Assembly: GCA_944350315.1 (NCBI GenBank)
Contig: CALVON010000039.1
Location: 48 to 64,047 of the forward strand
DNA: 64,000 nt
Origin: an uncultured Bacilli bacterium
Lineage (GTDB): Bacteria > Bacillota_I > Bacilli_A > RF39 > UBA660
Direction: 5' to 3'
In this document: positions 1 through 11,249 of the stretch, one piece after another
How positions within the stretch are numbered: the first letter of the stretch is position 1
How the letters are laid out: every line of letters starts with the position of its first letter
Program-made: the position numbers and the translations under genes
Notes under the pieces: model-generated
Told to the model about the DNA's origin: nothing
Seen by the model: only the letters and a program-made list of their open reading frames with translations
Database searches by the model: none

Positions 1-66
1 TCCCGAACACAGAAGTTAAGCACCTAAACGCCGACGATAGTGAAAGCGAAAATAGGAAGTTGCCAA
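1..66 (+). rRNA. rrf: 5S rRNA, 3' portion (5' end lies outside the window)
   Basis: CCCGAACACAGAAGTTAAGC...GCCGACGATAGTG...AGTTGCC matches the conserved core and terminal helix of bacterial 5S rRNA. A T-rich tract follows at 68-88. Confidence 0.8.
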
Positions 67-213
67 TATTTTTTTTATTATTTTTTTTACATAAAAAAAC
101 AAATTAATTGTATAATTTATATGGAAATTTTATTAAATTTTCATAATTTTTTTATATAATATCAATATTTTTAAAAATACATAGGAAAAACCTAAAAAAA
201 TCATAAAAAAAGC

Positions 214-242
214 TTGATTTTCATATAATTTTCATGTATAAT
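214..242 (+). promoter_or_regulatory. sigma-A type promoter for the S10 operon
   Basis: TTGATT (214-219), 17-nt spacer, TATAAT (237-242). It sits ~125 nt upstream of rpsJ, leaving a comparatively GC-rich untranslated leader. Confidence 0.5.
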
Positions 243-368
243 TATTAACTGTGTGACTGGCTTAGATGGGCAAAGTTGCTGATACACCAGGAAGAGTTGT
301 AAAAAGTGTATTAGGTAATTTGTTTCGGAGCAAGTCTATACTAGATATAGGCGAAGGGAGGATACAAT

Positions 369-677
369 ATGTCAAACACAAAAGTGAGAATTAAACTTAA
401 GGCATATGAGCACAGAACTTTAGATAAGGCAGCAGCAAAAATTGTTGAAACTGTAAAAAGAACTGGCGGTACTGTAAGTGGCCCTGTACCATTACCAACA
501 GAAATTCAAAAATACACAATTTTAAGAGCTGTACATAAATATAAAGATTCTCGTGAACAATTTGAAATGAGAACTCACAAAAGACTTATTGATATCAACA
601 ATCCAAGTAAGGAAACTATAGATGCATTACAACATCTTGACTTACCAAGCGGCGTTGATATTCAAATAAAATTATAA
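369..677 (+). CDS. rpsJ: 30S ribosomal protein S10
   Basis: 102 aa. [13 protein letters not shown] and PLPT motifs, GGGAGG RBS, first gene of the S10 operon. Confidence 0.97.
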   Translation: MSNTKVRIKLKAYEHRTLDKAAAKIVETVKRTGGTVSGPVPLPTEIQKYTILRAVHKYKDSREQFEMRTHKRLIDINNPSKETIDALQHLDLPSGVDIQIKL

Positions 678-694
678 AATAATAGGAGGAAAAA

Positions 695-1468
695 ATGAAA
701 GGAATCTTAGGTCGTAAGATCGGAATGACATCTGTATTTGCTAAAAATGGAAAATTAATTCCTGTAACAGTAATCGAAGTAGAACCAAACATTGTCAGCC
801 AAATAAAAACAAAAGAAAAAGATGGCTATGATGCAATTCAATTAGCTGCATTCGAAAAAAGAGAAAAATTAGCAAATAAACCAGAAATAGGTCATCTAAA
901 AAAAGCAAACACTACCCCTAAGCGCTTCTTAAGAGAAATTAGAGGTGTGGATGTAACAAATTATTCACTAGGCAGTGAATTAAAAGCAGATATATTTACT
1001 GAAGGAGAAATAGTAGATGTAACTGGCACTTCTAAAGGAAAAGGATTTCAAGGTGTTATAAAACGTTGGAATCAATCACGTGGACCAATGGGACACGGTA
1101 GCCAATATCATCGTGGTGTTGGGTCATTAGGAACATTATTACCAATGAGAGTTATCCCAGGAAAGAAAATGCCTGGACATATGGGATGTGAGCAAGTAAC
1201 AATCCAAAATCTAGAAATAATACAAGTAGATGTTGAAAATAACGTTATCTTAGTAAAAGGAAATGTCCCTGGACCTAAAAAATCATTAGTTTTAATTAAA
1301 TCTTCAATAAAAAATCCTGGAAAAGTAAATGAACCAGTTGAATTAATAACATATGTAGATGAAACTGCTGTACCAGTTGAAGAAAATAATGTTAATGAAG
1401 TAGAAAACGAAGAAAATATTGAAGAAACTAATGAAGAATCATCACAAGACGAATCTAAAACAGAGTAA
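695..1468 (+). CDS. rplC: 50S ribosomal protein L3 with an acidic C-terminal extension
   Basis: [12 protein letters not shown]... is a typical L3 N-terminus. At 257 aa it has an extra E/N-rich tail of about 45 aa. Confidence 0.95.
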   Translation: MKGILGRKIGMTSVFAKNGKLIPVTVIEVEPNIVSQIKTKEKDGYDAIQLAAFEKREKLANKPEIGHLKKANTTPKRFLREIRGVDVTNYSLGSELKADIFTEGEIVDVTGTSKGKGFQGVIKRWNQSRGPMGHGSQYHRGVGSLGTLLPMRVIPGKKMPGHMGCEQVTIQNLEIIQVDVENNVILVKGNVPGPKKSLVLIKSSIKNPGKVNEPVELITYVDETAVPVEENNVNEVENEENIEETNEESSQDESKTE

Positions 1469-1515
1469 AAGATATTTGTATATTGGAAAAAATTGTGATG
1501 AAAAAGGAGGATATT

Positions 1516-2148
1516 ATGTCTAAATTAGAACTATTAAATATAGATGGTGAAAAGGTTAAAGATATTAAATTAAATGATAACGTATTTGGAATTAAACCTA
1601 ATGATGTTGTATTACAAGATGCTATTGTATTATATATGGCATCAACAAGACAAGGAACACATTCTACTAAAACTAGAGCAGAAGTTTCTGGCGGTGGAAG
1701 AAAACCTTGGAGACAAAAAGGAACTGGAAATGCAAGACAAGGAAGTATAAGAGCAGTTCAATGGAGAAAAGGTGGAATTGCTTTTGGACCTAAACCAAGA
1801 GATTATTCTAAAAAACAAAATAAAAAAGAAAGAAGATTAGCTTTATTATCAGCATTATCATATAAAGCAACTGATAAAGAAATAATCGTTTTAGAAGATA
1901 TCAAGTTTGAAACTAAGAAAACTAAAGAAATGGTTAATTTATTAAATAAATTAGAAATTACTAATAATAAAATTTTATTAGTTTTACCAGAATTAGATGA
2001 AAATATTTGCTTATCATCTAGAAATTTAGGAAATGTTAAAATTGTCTTACCAACTGAAGTTAATACTTATGATGTAATAAATTCAGATAAAATGGTGATG
2101 ACAGAAGCATCATTAAAGAAATTAGAGGAGGTGCTTGGTAATGAATAA
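1516..2148 (+). CDS. rplD: 50S ribosomal protein L4
   Basis: The ATG at 1516 is preceded by AAGGAGG. Contains the GGGRKPWRQKGTGNAR motif. The track start at 1483 is probably too far upstream. Confidence 0.93.
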   Translation: MSKLELLNIDGEKVKDIKLNDNVFGIKPNDVVLQDAIVLYMASTRQGTHSTKTRAEVSGGGRKPWRQKGTGNARQGSIRAVQWRKGGIAFGPKPRDYSKKQNKKERRLALLSALSYKATDKEIIVLEDIKFETKKTKEMVNLLNKLEITNNKILLVLPELDENICLSSRNLGNVKIVLPTEVNTYDVINSDKMVMTEASLKKLEEVLGNE

Positions 2149-2419
2149 AAAATATGATATTATTTACGCCCCAATAATTACTGAAAAAACTGCAATGTTA
2201 GCTAACGAAAATAAATATGCTTTTAAAGTATCTCCAAAAGCTAATAAAACAGAAATAAAACAAGCAATTGAAAGTATTTTTAATGTAAAAGTTGAAAGTA
2301 TAACAACTGCCAATTCGCATCCTAAAAAAAGAAGAGTTGGAAAATATACTGGAATGACTAATAAATACAAAAGAGCAATTGTAAAATTAGCAGAAGGAAA
2401 TTCAATTAAATTTGACTAG
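2141..2419 (+). CDS. rplW: 50S ribosomal protein L23
   Basis: [21 protein letters not shown] lies 10 nt upstream of the ATG at 2141. Overlaps the rplD stop. Confidence 0.93.
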   Translation: MNKKYDIIYAPIITEKTAMLANENKYAFKVSPKANKTEIKQAIESIFNVKVESITTANSHPKKRRVGKYTGMTNKYKRAIVKLAEGNSIKFD

Positions 2420-2436
2420 AAAAAGGAGGGAAAAGA

Positions 2437-3267
2437 ATGGCAATTAGAGTATATAAACCAATGACTAACGGTCAAAGACAAAGAAGCGTCTTAAAAAGTG
2501 AAGAGATCACTAAAACAACTCCTGAAAAAAGTCTAGTAGTTCCAAAAAAGAAAAATGATGGTAGAAATGATCAAGGAAAAATAACTGTAAGACATCGTGG
2601 CGGTGGAGTTAAAAGAAAGTACCGTTTAGTTGATTTTAAGAGAGTAAAAGATGGAATAACTGCAATAGTATCAAGCATTGAATATGATCCAAATAGAAGT
2701 GCAAATATTGCATTAATAAATTATAAAGATGGTACAAAATCATATATAATAGCTCCAAAAGATTTAAAAGTAGGAGATATTGTTGAATCAGGAGAAAATG
2801 TTGATATAAAAGTTGGTAACACATTACCAATTTCAAATATTCCTGTTGGAACAACAATTCATAATATTGAATTAAAACCAGGAAAAGGTGGCCAACTTGC
2901 AAGAAGTGCTGGAAATAGTGCCCAAATATTAGGACGTGAAGATAAATATGTCTTGATTAGATTAGCAAGTGGTGAAACAAGAAAGATTTTAGGTACATGT
3001 CGTGCAACAATTGGAGTTGTAGGTAATGAAGACTATTCACTAGTAAAAATAGGAAAAGCTGGAAGAACAAGATATAAAGGAATAAGACCTACTGTACGTG
3101 GATCAGTTATGAACCCTAATGATCACCCACATGGTGGTGGAGAAGGACGTGCACCAATTGGTAGAAGTGGACCAATGACTCCATGGGGTAAACCTGCACT
3201 TGGACTTAAGACAAGAAAAAATAAAAAAGAATCTAACAAATATATTGTAACTCGTCGTAAAAAATAA
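2437..3267 (+). CDS. rplB: 50S ribosomal protein L2
   Basis: 276 aa with the [14 protein letters not shown] motif. Confidence 0.97.
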   Translation: MAIRVYKPMTNGQRQRSVLKSEEITKTTPEKSLVVPKKKNDGRNDQGKITVRHRGGGVKRKYRLVDFKRVKDGITAIVSSIEYDPNRSANIALINYKDGTKSYIIAPKDLKVGDIVESGENVDIKVGNTLPISNIPVGTTIHNIELKPGKGGQLARSAGNSAQILGREDKYVLIRLASGETRKILGTCRATIGVVGNEDYSLVKIGKAGRTRYKGIRPTVRGSVMNPNDHPHGGGEGRAPIGRSGPMTPWGKPALGLKTRKNKKESNKYIVTRRKK

Positions 3268-3286
3268 AAAGAAAGGATGAACAAAA

Positions 3287-3556
3287 ATGGCAAGAAGTTT
3301 AAAAAAAGGACCTTATGTCTTTGATAGATTACTAAAAAAAGTAAAACTACTTAATGAAACAGGGAAAAAAGAAGTTATAAAAACATGGTCTCGTCGTTCA
3401 ACTATATATCCTGATTTTATTGGCCACACATTTGCAGTTCACAATGGTAAAGAATTTATTCCCGTTTATGTTACAGAAGACATGGTAGGACATAAACTTG
3501 GAGAATTTTCACCAACACGTAAATTTGGTGGACACGGCGCAGACAAACAAAAATAG
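3287..3556 (+). CDS. rpsS: 30S ribosomal protein S19
   Basis: [11 protein letters not shown]...HNGK.F.PV motif. Confidence 0.97.
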   Translation: MARSLKKGPYVFDRLLKKVKLLNETGKKEVIKTWSRRSTIYPDFIGHTFAVHNGKEFIPVYVTEDMVGHKLGEFSPTRKFGGHGADKQK

Positions 3557-3577
3557 TAACTTATAAGGAGGACTATG

Positions 3578-3925
3578 ATGGAAAAAACAGAAGTTAGAGC
3601 AGTGGCAAAAACAATTAGAATAGCACCTAGAAAAACAAGATTAATAATTGACTTAATAAGAGGAAAAAAAGTAGAAGATGCTTATGCGATTTTAGAAAAT
3701 CAACCTCAAAAAGCTGCTAGAGTTATAGAAAAAGTTTTAAAATCAGCAACAAGTAATGCTGTAAATAACTTTAATTTAAAAGAAGAAAATTTATTCGTTA
3801 AAACATGTTACGTTGATGAAGGAATTGTTATGAAAAGAGCAAAAATGGATTCACGTGGACGTGTTGGAAGAAAAGATCATAAAACAAGTCACATTACAAT
3901 AATCGTAAGTGAATCAAATAAGTAA
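3578..3925 (+). CDS. rplV: 50S ribosomal protein L22
   Basis: RIAPRKTRLIIDLIRGK motif. The second ATG has the better spacing from the GGAGG. Confidence 0.93.
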   Translation: MEKTEVRAVAKTIRIAPRKTRLIIDLIRGKKVEDAYAILENQPQKAARVIEKVLKSATSNAVNNFNLKEENLFVKTCYVDEGIVMKRAKMDSRGRVGRKDHKTSHITIIVSESNK

Positions 3926-3938
3926 AGGAGGAACCGAA

Positions 3939-4619
3939 GTGGGACAAAAAGTTAGTCCAGTCGGACTTAGAATCGGTATCAACAAAGACTGGGAATCTAA
4001 ATGGTATGCAGATAATAAAGAATTTTCTAATTATTTGCTAAAAGATTCTAAAATTCGTAAATATTTATTTAATAAATTTAAAAGTGCTGGAGTTGCTAAT
4101 ATTGTAATTGAAAGAAATTCCAAGAGAACAGAAGTATTTATAAATGCCTCACGTCCAGGTCTAATAATTGGACAAAGTGGTACAGAAATAGAAAATGTTA
4201 AAAAAGAAGTATCAAAGCTAGTTAATGAAAATATTCAAATCTCTGTTGTAGAAGTAAAAAATCCAGATCTAGTTGCAAAACTAGTTGCCGATAACATTGC
4301 ACATAGTATAGAGAATCGTGTATCATTTAGAGTAGCTCAAAAGAAAGCAATAAGAAATACAATGAAAGCAGGAGCCAAAGGAATAAAAACTTTAGTTTCT
4401 GGTCGTCTTGGCGGAGCAGATATAGCACGTAGTGAAGGTTATTCAGAAGGAACAACACCACTACATACCCTAAGAGCAAACATCGATTATGCAACTTCTG
4501 AAGCAGATACAACATATGGAAAAATTGGCGTAAAAGTATGGATATATAAAGGAGAAATTCTAGAAGATAAAGATAAGGGAGGTAATTCTCATGTTAATGC
4601 CAAAAAGAACAAAGCATAG
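3939..4619 (+). CDS. rpsC: 30S ribosomal protein S3
   Basis: The GTG start after AAGGAGG gives (M)[12 protein letters not shown], the canonical S3 N-terminus. The track start at 3909 is upstream of the RBS. Confidence 0.93.
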   Translation: MGQKVSPVGLRIGINKDWESKWYADNKEFSNYLLKDSKIRKYLFNKFKSAGVANIVIERNSKRTEVFINASRPGLIIGQSGTEIENVKKEVSKLVNENIQISVVEVKNPDLVAKLVADNIAHSIENRVSFRVAQKKAIRNTMKAGAKGIKTLVSGRLGGADIARSEGYSEGTTPLHTLRANIDYATSEADTTYGKIGVKVWIYKGEILEDKDKGGNSHVNAKKNKA

Positions 4620-5019
4620 AAAAACTTTCCGCCTAAAATATGAAGGAAAATCAAAAGGAAATACAGAACTACATTTTGGAGAATATGGTTTAATGGCTCA
4701 ACAAGGAGCATGGATTACTTCAAATCAAATTGAAGCAGCCAGAATAGCTATGACAAGATATATGAAACGTGGTGGAAAAGTATGGATAAACATTTTTCCT
4801 AACTTGTCATTAACCAAAAAACCATTAGAAACTAGACAAGGAAAAGGTAAAGGAAATCCAGAAGTATGGGTTGCTGTAGTAAAAGAAGGAAAAATTATGT
4901 TTGAGATTGGTGGAGTAAGTGAAGAGATAGCTAGAGAAGCATTGAGACTAGCATCACACAAATTACCAATTAAAACGAAATTTGTAAAAAAAGAAAGTGG
5001 TGAAAATAATGAAAACTAA
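4591..5019 (+). CDS. rplP: 50S ribosomal protein L16
   Basis: [11 protein letters not shown]...[22 protein letters not shown]. Confidence 0.96.
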   Translation: MLMPKRTKHRKTFRLKYEGKSKGNTELHFGEYGLMAQQGAWITSNQIEAARIAMTRYMKRGGKVWINIFPNLSLTKKPLETRQGKGKGNPEVWVAVVKEGKIMFEIGGVSEEIAREALRLASHKLPIKTKFVKKESGENNEN

Positions 5020-5203
5020 TGAAATTAGAAAGTTATCCACTGAAGAAATAAACAAAAAAATAGCAGAATTAAAAGAAGAGCTATTCAATTTAAGAATGAA
5101 GCAAGCAACAGGAAATCTTGAAAATCCTGCAAGAATTAGAGAATTAAGAAAGAATGTTGCCAGATTAAAGACAATTCTTAGAGAAAGAGAAATTGAAGGG
5201 TAG
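5009..5203 (+). CDS. rpmC: 50S ribosomal protein L29
   Basis: [35 protein letters not shown]. Confidence 0.93.
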   Translation: MKTNEIRKLSTEEINKKIAELKEELFNLRMKQATGNLENPARIRELRKNVARLKTILREREIEG

Positions 5204-5217
5204 AGGAGGACGTCATT

Positions 5218-5478
5218 ATGAATGAAAATGTTAAACGTGAATTAATAGGCGTTGTTGTAAGCGATAAGGCTAATAAGACAATTACTGTTAAAGTAGAAAC
5301 TTACAAGAAAGACCCAATATATAATAAAAGAATTAAATATTCTAAAAAATATACCGCACATGATGAAAACAATGTTGCAAAGGTTGGCGATAAAGTTCGT
5401 CTAGTAGCAACAAGACCATTATCTAAAACTAAAAGATATGAATTAGCTGAAGTAATTGAAAAAGCTATAGTACTTTAG
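5218..5478 (+). CDS. rpsQ: 30S ribosomal protein S17
   Basis: 86 aa. [17 protein letters not shown] motif and operon position. Confidence 0.95.
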   Translation: MNENVKRELIGVVVSDKANKTITVKVETYKKDPIYNKRIKYSKKYTAHDENNVAKVGDKVRLVATRPLSKTKRYELAEVIEKAIVL

Positions 5479-5498
5479 TTCGGAAGGAGGAAATAAAT

Positions 5499-5867
5499 AT
5501 GGTACAACAAGAAAGCCGCCTAAAAGTGGCAGATAACTGTGGAGCTCGTGAAGTATCAGTAATCAGAGTTCTTGGTGGAAGTAAAGTAAAAACTGGAAAC
5601 ATCGGCGATATCGTTGTTGCTACAGTAAAAAAAGCAACTCCTAATGGTAATGTGAAAAAGGGTAAAGTCGTAAAAGCCGTAGTCGTTAGGAGTAAATTCG
5701 GAGTAAGAAGAGACGATGGAAGCTATATTAAATTTGATGATAATGCATGTGTAATCATTAAAGATGATAAAAGCCCAGTAGGAACACGTGTTTTGGGACC
5801 TGTTGCTCGTGAATTAAGAGATGCAGGATTTACTAAAATCGTAAGCTTAGCAAAGGAAGTTCTTTAA
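5499..5867 (+). CDS. rplN: 50S ribosomal protein L14
   Basis: [19 protein letters not shown]. Confidence 0.97.
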   Translation: MVQQESRLKVADNCGAREVSVIRVLGGSKVKTGNIGDIVVATVKKATPNGNVKKGKVVKAVVVRSKFGVRRDDGSYIKFDDNACVIIKDDKSPVGTRVLGPVARELRDAGFTKIVSLAKEVL

Positions 5868-5894
5868 TCCGAAAGTATTAAGGAGGAAAAGTTC

Positions 5895-6200
5895 ATGAAA
5901 TTAAAGAAAAACGATAAAGTAGTAGTAATTTCAGGAGCCAATAAAGGCAAAGAAGGAAAAATTGTAAAAGTATTAGGCGAAAAAGTTATCGTTGAAGGTG
6001 TAAATATTTGTAAGAAACACCTAAAACCAAAAAATAATAATGGAACTGGTGAAATAGTAGAAGTAGAAAGACCAATTCATAAGTCTAATGTTATGATAAT
6101 TGACCCAAAAACAAATAAGCCAACTAAAATCAAAATGGATTTTGATAAAGATGGCAAAAAAATTAGAATTTCAAAGAAATCTAATGAAAAGATTGACTAA
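5895..6200 (+). CDS. rplX: 50S ribosomal protein L24
   Basis: [20 protein letters not shown] is a KOW motif. Operon position fits. Confidence 0.95.
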   Translation: MKLKKNDKVVVISGANKGKEGKIVKVLGEKVIVEGVNICKKHLKPKNNNGTGEIVEVERPIHKSNVMIIDPKTNKPTKIKMDFDKDGKKIRISKKSNEKID

Positions 6201-6220
6201 TTTGGAAGGAGGGTGGACAT

Positions 6221-6760
6221 ATGAACCGCCTAGAAGAAAAGTATAAAAATGAAGTTGTTCCAAGTTTGATGGAAAAACATAATTATAAAACAAAAATGTT
6301 AGTTCCTAAAATTGAAAAAATCGTAGTTAATATGGGTGTAGGAGATGCAATTATAAATTCAAAAAATTTAGAAAATGCAGTATCTGACTTAGAAAAAATA
6401 ACTGGATTGAAACCTGTTGAAACTAAAGCAAAAAAATCAATTGCCTCATTTAAGGTAAGAGAAGGTCATAAAATTGGCTGCAAAGTAACTTTAAGAGGAG
6501 AAATGATGTATAATTTCTTAGATAAATTAATTTCAATTTCCTTACCAAGAGTTAGAGATTTTAGAGGACTTTCACCAAAAAGTTTTGATGGTAGAGGAAA
6601 TTATACTATCGGTATTAAAGAACAATTAATTTTCCCAGAAATTAACTTTGATGAAGTAGAAAAAGTAAGAGGAATGGATATAGTAATAGTTACTACCGCA
6701 AAAACAAATGAAGAAGCATATGATTTATTAAAAGAACTTGGAATTCCTTTTAGGAAATAA
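6221..6760 (+). CDS. rplE: 50S ribosomal protein L5
   Basis: 179 aa. [11 protein letters not shown] and FPEINFDEV motifs. Confidence 0.96.
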   Translation: MNRLEEKYKNEVVPSLMEKHNYKTKMLVPKIEKIVVNMGVGDAIINSKNLENAVSDLEKITGLKPVETKAKKSIASFKVREGHKIGCKVTLRGEMMYNFLDKLISISLPRVRDFRGLSPKSFDGRGNYTIGIKEQLIFPEINFDEVEKVRGMDIVIVTTAKTNEEAYDLLKELGIPFRK

Positions 6761-6771
6761 GGGAGGAAACA

Positions 6772-6957
6772 ATGGCAAAAAAATCAATGATTGTCAAATC
6801 ACAAAGAAAACCAAAATTTAAAGTTAGAGAATATACTCGTTGCAGTATTTGCGGAAGACCACATGCTGTTATGAGAAAATTTGGTATTTGCCGTATTTGT
6901 TTTAGAGAATTAGCATATAAAGGACAAATACCAGGCGTAAAAAAATCAAGTTGGTAA
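6772..6957 (+). CDS. rpsN: 30S ribosomal protein S14, short zinc-binding (type Z) form
   Basis: 61 aa with two CxxC pairs (CSICGRP...CRIC). Confidence 0.95.
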   Translation: MAKKSMIVKSQRKPKFKVREYTRCSICGRPHAVMRKFGICRICFRELAYKGQIPGVKKSSW

Positions 6958-6987
6958 TACCTATAATAAAGAAGGAGGGATTTTTTA

Positions 6988-7368
6988 ATGACAGATCCAA
7001 TCGCAGATATGCTTACAAGAATACGTAATGCTAATCAAATGCGTAATAAAGAGGTTGCTATGCCTACATCAAAAATGAAAGTAGAAATAGCTAAAATCTT
7101 AAATAGCGAAGGTTTCATTGAAAATTATGCTGTAAAAGATAATACATTAACATTAACTTTAAAATATGGACAAAATAAAGAAAGAGTAATTACTGGATTA
7201 AAGAGAATTTCTAAACCAGGATTAAGAGTATACGCTGGTGCTAATGAAATACCACGTGTTCTAAATGGATTAGGAATTGCTATAATATCTACACCAAAAG
7301 GAGTTATGACTGATAAGTTAGCTCGTAAGAATAATGTTGGTGGAGAAGTAATTGCCTATATTTGGTAG
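6988..7368 (+). CDS. rpsH: 30S ribosomal protein S8
   Basis: [15 protein letters not shown]. Confidence 0.97.
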   Translation: MTDPIADMLTRIRNANQMRNKEVAMPTSKMKVEIAKILNSEGFIENYAVKDNTLTLTLKYGQNKERVITGLKRISKPGLRVYAGANEIPRVLNGLGIAIISTPKGVMTDKLARKNNVGGEVIAYIW

Positions 7369-7378
7369 GAGTTTAAAC

Positions 7379-7918
7379 ATGAGTAGAATAGGAAAAAGAG
7401 TATTAACTATACCAGAAAATGTTAATGTTTTATTAAATGATAACACAGTTACTGTAAAAGGACCAAAGGGAGAACTAAAATTAGATCTTATTAAAACTAT
7501 AAAGGTCAATGTCGATGGAAATAAATTAACCGTAGAAAAATTAAAAGAAGATAAATTTACAAATCAAATGCACGGAACTACAAATGCCAATATCAACAAT
7601 ATGATTATTGGTGTCAGCCAAGGATACAAAAAAGCACTAGAAATAATTGGTGTTGGATATAGATTTGCCGTTAGTGGAAATACATTAACTGTACAAGCTG
7701 GATATTCTCATCCAGTAAAAGTGGAAATACCTAATGGGATAACAGTTAACGCAATAAGTGCCACTGAAATTGAGGTAAATGGTGCTGATAAGATAGTAGT
7801 TGGTGAATTTGCTGCTAATATCCGTAAAATAAGACAACCAGAACCATATAAAGGAAAAGGAATCCGTTATAAAGGTGAACATGTTCGTCATAAAGAAGGA
7901 AAGAAAGCATCTAAATAA
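7379..7918 (+). CDS. rplF: 50S ribosomal protein L6
   Basis: The ATG at 7379 gives MSRIGKRVLTIP. The track start at 7352 overlaps rpsH. Confidence 0.93.
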   Translation: MSRIGKRVLTIPENVNVLLNDNTVTVKGPKGELKLDLIKTIKVNVDGNKLTVEKLKEDKFTNQMHGTTNANINNMIIGVSQGYKKALEIIGVGYRFAVSGNTLTVQAGYSHPVKVEIPNGITVNAISATEIEVNGADKIVVGEFAANIRKIRQPEPYKGKGIRYKGEHVRHKEGKKASK

Positions 7919-7935
7919 TAGAGGAGTGAGATTCT

Positions 7936-8298
7936 ATGATAAAAAAAGTTTCAAGAAATGAAATGCGTGTCGAAAGACATAAAAGAATAAGAAAAGAATT
8001 ATCAGGAACTACTGATAGACCAAGATTAAATGTCTTCAGATCAAACGCAAATATTACCGCTCAAATTATCGACGATGAAAAAGGAATAACTTTAGTTAGT
8101 GCATCTACTAGAGAAAAAGAATTAAATATAAAAAACGGTGGTAATATAGAAGCTGCTAAAGTAATTGGAAAAGAAATTGCCAAAAGAGCAAAAGAAGCAA
8201 AAATTTCTAAAGTAGTATTTGATAGAGGTGGATACCTATATCATGGACGTGTTAAAGCATTAGCTGAAGCAGCACGTGAAAATGGATTAGAATTCTAA
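7936..8298 (+). CDS. rplR: 50S ribosomal protein L18
   Basis: 120 aa. [10 protein letters not shown] and [21 protein letters not shown] motifs. Confidence 0.96.
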   Translation: MIKKVSRNEMRVERHKRIRKELSGTTDRPRLNVFRSNANITAQIIDDEKGITLVSASTREKELNIKNGGNIEAAKVIGKEIAKRAKEAKISKVVFDRGGYLYHGRVKALAEAARENGLEF

Positions 8299-8311
8299 TA
8301 AGGAGGAACTT

Positions 8312-8896
8312 ATGAACGAAGAAGTCAAAAAACCACAAGAAAACAATAAAGTAACTAAAAATAATGATACTAAAAACATCAAAAGAAGACCTAAAAGAAG
8401 TTTTGATAGACCTAAAAGTGATTTAGAAGAAAAAGTTATTTTTATAAATCGTGTTACTAAAGTTGTAAAAGGTGGTCGTCAATTTCGTTTCGCTGCTACT
8501 GTCGTAGTAGGTAATAGAAAAGGTAAAGTAGGTATTGGCTTAGGAAAAGCTAAAGAAATGCCAGATGCCGTAAAAAAAGCAACGCAACAAGCAAGTAAAA
8601 ATTTAATAAATGTTGAATTAATTGATAATCGTACTATTTCACATGAAATAATTGTAAAAGAAGGTGCAGTTAGAGTAATGTTGAAACCTGCCAAAGAAGG
8701 AACTGGAGTTAAAGCTGGCGGACCAGTAAGAGACGTGTTAGAATTAGCTGGAGTAAAAGATGTTTTATCTAAAAGTTTAGGTTCTAGTACAAAAGTAAAT
8801 ATGGCTAGAGCAACCCTAAATGCTCTTAAGATGCAAAAATCATCATCACACGTTGCAAAATTAAGAGGAAAAACAGTTGAGGAGATTTTAGACTAA
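8312..8896 (+). CDS. rpsE: 30S ribosomal protein S5 with a basic N-terminal extension
   Basis: [16 protein letters not shown] motif. 194 aa. Confidence 0.95.
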   Translation: MNEEVKKPQENNKVTKNNDTKNIKRRPKRSFDRPKSDLEEKVIFINRVTKVVKGGRQFRFAATVVVGNRKGKVGIGLGKAKEMPDAVKKATQQASKNLINVELIDNRTISHEIIVKEGAVRVMLKPAKEGTGVKAGGPVRDVLELAGVKDVLSKSLGSSTKVNMARATLNALKMQKSSSHVAKLRGKTVEEILD

Positions 8897-9330
8897 TGAA
8901 ATTAAATGAATTAGAAACAAATAAGAAAAACCGTAAAAGAGTTGGCCGTGGACCAGGTTCTGGAAATGGTAAAACAAGTGGTAAAGGTCATAAAGGACAA
9001 AACGCAAGAAGTGGTGGCGGAGTTCGTCCAGGATTTGAAGGAGGACAATTACCATTATATAGAAGATTATCAAAAAGAGGATTCAACAATTATAATTTTA
9101 GAACAGTTTATGCTACTGTAAATGTAGGCGATTTAGAAAGATTCGAAGAAGGAACTGTTGTAACAAAAGAATTATTAATAGAAGTTGGTTTAGTAAAAAA
9201 AGAATTAGATGGAATTAAAATTTTAGGAAATGGAAATTTAACTAAAAAATTAACAGTAAAAGCAGATAAATTTTCATCTACAGCAAAAGCAAAAATAGAA
9301 GATATTGGTGGAACAACAGAGGTGATTTAA
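8896..9330 (+). CDS. rplO: 50S ribosomal protein L15
   Basis: MKLNEL...[21 protein letters not shown]. The ATG overlaps the rpsE TAA (TAATG), so there is no room for rpmD. Confidence 0.95.
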   Translation: MKLNELETNKKNRKRVGRGPGSGNGKTSGKGHKGQNARSGGGVRPGFEGGQLPLYRRLSKRGFNNYNFRTVYATVNVGDLERFEEGTVVTKELLIEVGLVKKELDGIKILGNGNLTKKLTVKADKFSSTAKAKIEDIGGTTEVI

Positions 9331-9331
9331 A

Positions 9332-10591
9332 ATGTTTAAAACATTTAAACTGTTATTTCACAAAAAGAATAAAGATATTAGAAAAAGAATATTATTTGTA
9401 TTAATGTGTCTATTAGTTTTTATAGTAGGAAAAACTATTCCTGTTCCAGGGACACAAGGAGCAATATCAGATTTAGATTTATGGGAATTTTATGATGCTA
9501 TTTCCGGTGGTGCACTAGAAAGATTTTCTATCTTTTCACTAGGAGTAATGCCATATATTTCTGCATCAATAATTACGGGAATATTACAAATGGATATAAT
9601 TCCATACTTTACAGAATTAAAAGAACAAGGTGCTACTGGTAGACAAAAAATAAATCAAATAAATAGATACCTTGGATTAATAATAGCATTTCTTCAAGGT
9701 TTAGCCATGGCAGTTACTTTTGTTCCTAATAGTGGAGCTATAGACTATCTAAAGATAGCCATTATGTTAACAGCAGGTACTGCATTCCTATTATGGTTAG
9801 GTGATCAAATGACTCAAAAAGGAATCGGTAACGGAATATCACTATTAATAATGGCAGGAATAATATCAAGTATACCAAATATGTTTATTGAAACATTCCA
9901 ATCATTAGTATTAGATAATAGTTCATTGTTCTTAGGAATTGTTTCATTTGCCATATTTGTAATGGTTTATATAGCTATTATTGTAGGAATTGTTTACATA
10001 GAAAAATCTGAAAGAAGAATACCTATTCAGTATGCTAATCAAACACAATCAGCATATGGTGCTAGACAAAACTACATACCATTTAAACTAAATAGTGCAT
10101 CTGTAATGCCAGTAATCTTTGCATCAGTACTGTTTACAATACCATCGTTTATTGCAGGACTAATGGATAGTGAGTCATCATTTGCACTTTTCGTATCAAA
10201 ATATATAAATTATACTACACCAATTGGCTTTACAATATATATGATAGTAATAATTTTGTTCTGTTTCTTTTATACATTCTTGCAAATAAATCCTGCTGAA
10301 TTATCTAAAAACCTTAATAAACAAGGAGGATATATTCCAGGAATAAGACCAGGAAAAGAAACACAAGATTATATTAGTACAGTAATAGGAAGAATAACCC
10401 TTATTGGGGCTCTTTCAATAGCAACAATCGCTGGATTACCAATTATATTTAGTAACTTTATTGATACGGGATTACCAAGCAGTGTATCATTAGGAGGAAC
10501 TAGTATTTTAATTGTTATTGGAGTTGCTCTAGAAACCTACAATCAAATTGAAAGTAGTCTATTAAATAGAAATTATCGAGGTGGAAAATAA
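9332..10591 (+). CDS. secY: preprotein translocase subunit SecY
   Basis: 419-aa polytopic protein in the canonical spc-operon position. GVMPYISASII motif. Confidence 0.95.
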   Translation: MFKTFKLLFHKKNKDIRKRILFVLMCLLVFIVGKTIPVPGTQGAISDLDLWEFYDAISGGALERFSIFSLGVMPYISASIITGILQMDIIPYFTELKEQGATGRQKINQINRYLGLIIAFLQGLAMAVTFVPNSGAIDYLKIAIMLTAGTAFLLWLGDQMTQKGIGNGISLLIMAGIISSIPNMFIETFQSLVLDNSSLFLGIVSFAIFVMVYIAIIVGIVYIEKSERRIPIQYANQTQSAYGARQNYIPFKLNSASVMPVIFASVLFTIPSFIAGLMDSESSFALFVSKYINYTTPIGFTIYMIVIILFCFFYTFLQINPAELSKNLNKQGGYIPGIRPGKETQDYISTVIGRITLIGALSIATIAGLPIIFSNFIDTGLPSSVSLGGTSILIVIGVALETYNQIESSLLNRNYRGGK

Positions 10592-10592
10592 A

Positions 10593-11249
10593 ATGAAGAA
10601 TATTATATTTATAGCTCCCCCTGCAGCAGGAAAGGGAACTCAATCAAAACTAGTAAGTGATGCATATAATATTCCTCATATATCCACAGGAGATTTATTA
10701 AGAGAAGAAGCCAATAAAGAAACTGAATTAGGAAAAAAAATAAAAGAAGATATGGAAAGTGGTAATTTAGTATCAGATACAATTATTACTACTTTATTAA
10801 AAAACAGAATAACCCAAAAAGATTGCCAAGAAGGTTATATTCTTGATGGTTATCCTAGAAATATTACTCAAGCTAAAACATATGAAGAACTACTAAAACA
10901 ATTAAATTATGATAAAGGAATAGTGATTTTCTTTGACATAGATAAAGAACTTGCTTTACAAAGAACATTAAGTAGAATAATATGTTCTAATTGCGGTTCA
11001 TCATATAATCTTTTAGTAGAAGACTTAAAACCAAAAAAAGAAAATATTTGTGATCGTTGTGAGCATGAATTGAAAACAAGAAATGATGATACTGAAGAAG
11101 TATTCATACATCGTTTTGACACATATATGGATAATACAAAAGAGTTGATTGATTATTATGAAAAAAAAGGGTTACTTCACAAAATAGAAGTTGGCCACAA
11201 AAGTGCTACTGAAATATTTGAAGAAGTGAAGAAGGTATTAAATGATTAG
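10593..11249 (+). CDS. adk: adenylate kinase with a zinc lid
   Basis: P-loop APPAAGKGTQ. Lid CSNCG...CDRC. Confidence 0.94.
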   Translation: MKNIIFIAPPAAGKGTQSKLVSDAYNIPHISTGDLLREEANKETELGKKIKEDMESGNLVSDTIITTLLKNRITQKDCQEGYILDGYPRNITQAKTYEELLKQLNYDKGIVIFFDIDKELALQRTLSRIICSNCGSSYNLLVEDLKPKKENICDRCEHELKTRNDDTEEVFIHRFDTYMDNTKELIDYYEKKGLLHKIEVGHKSATEIFEEVKKVLND

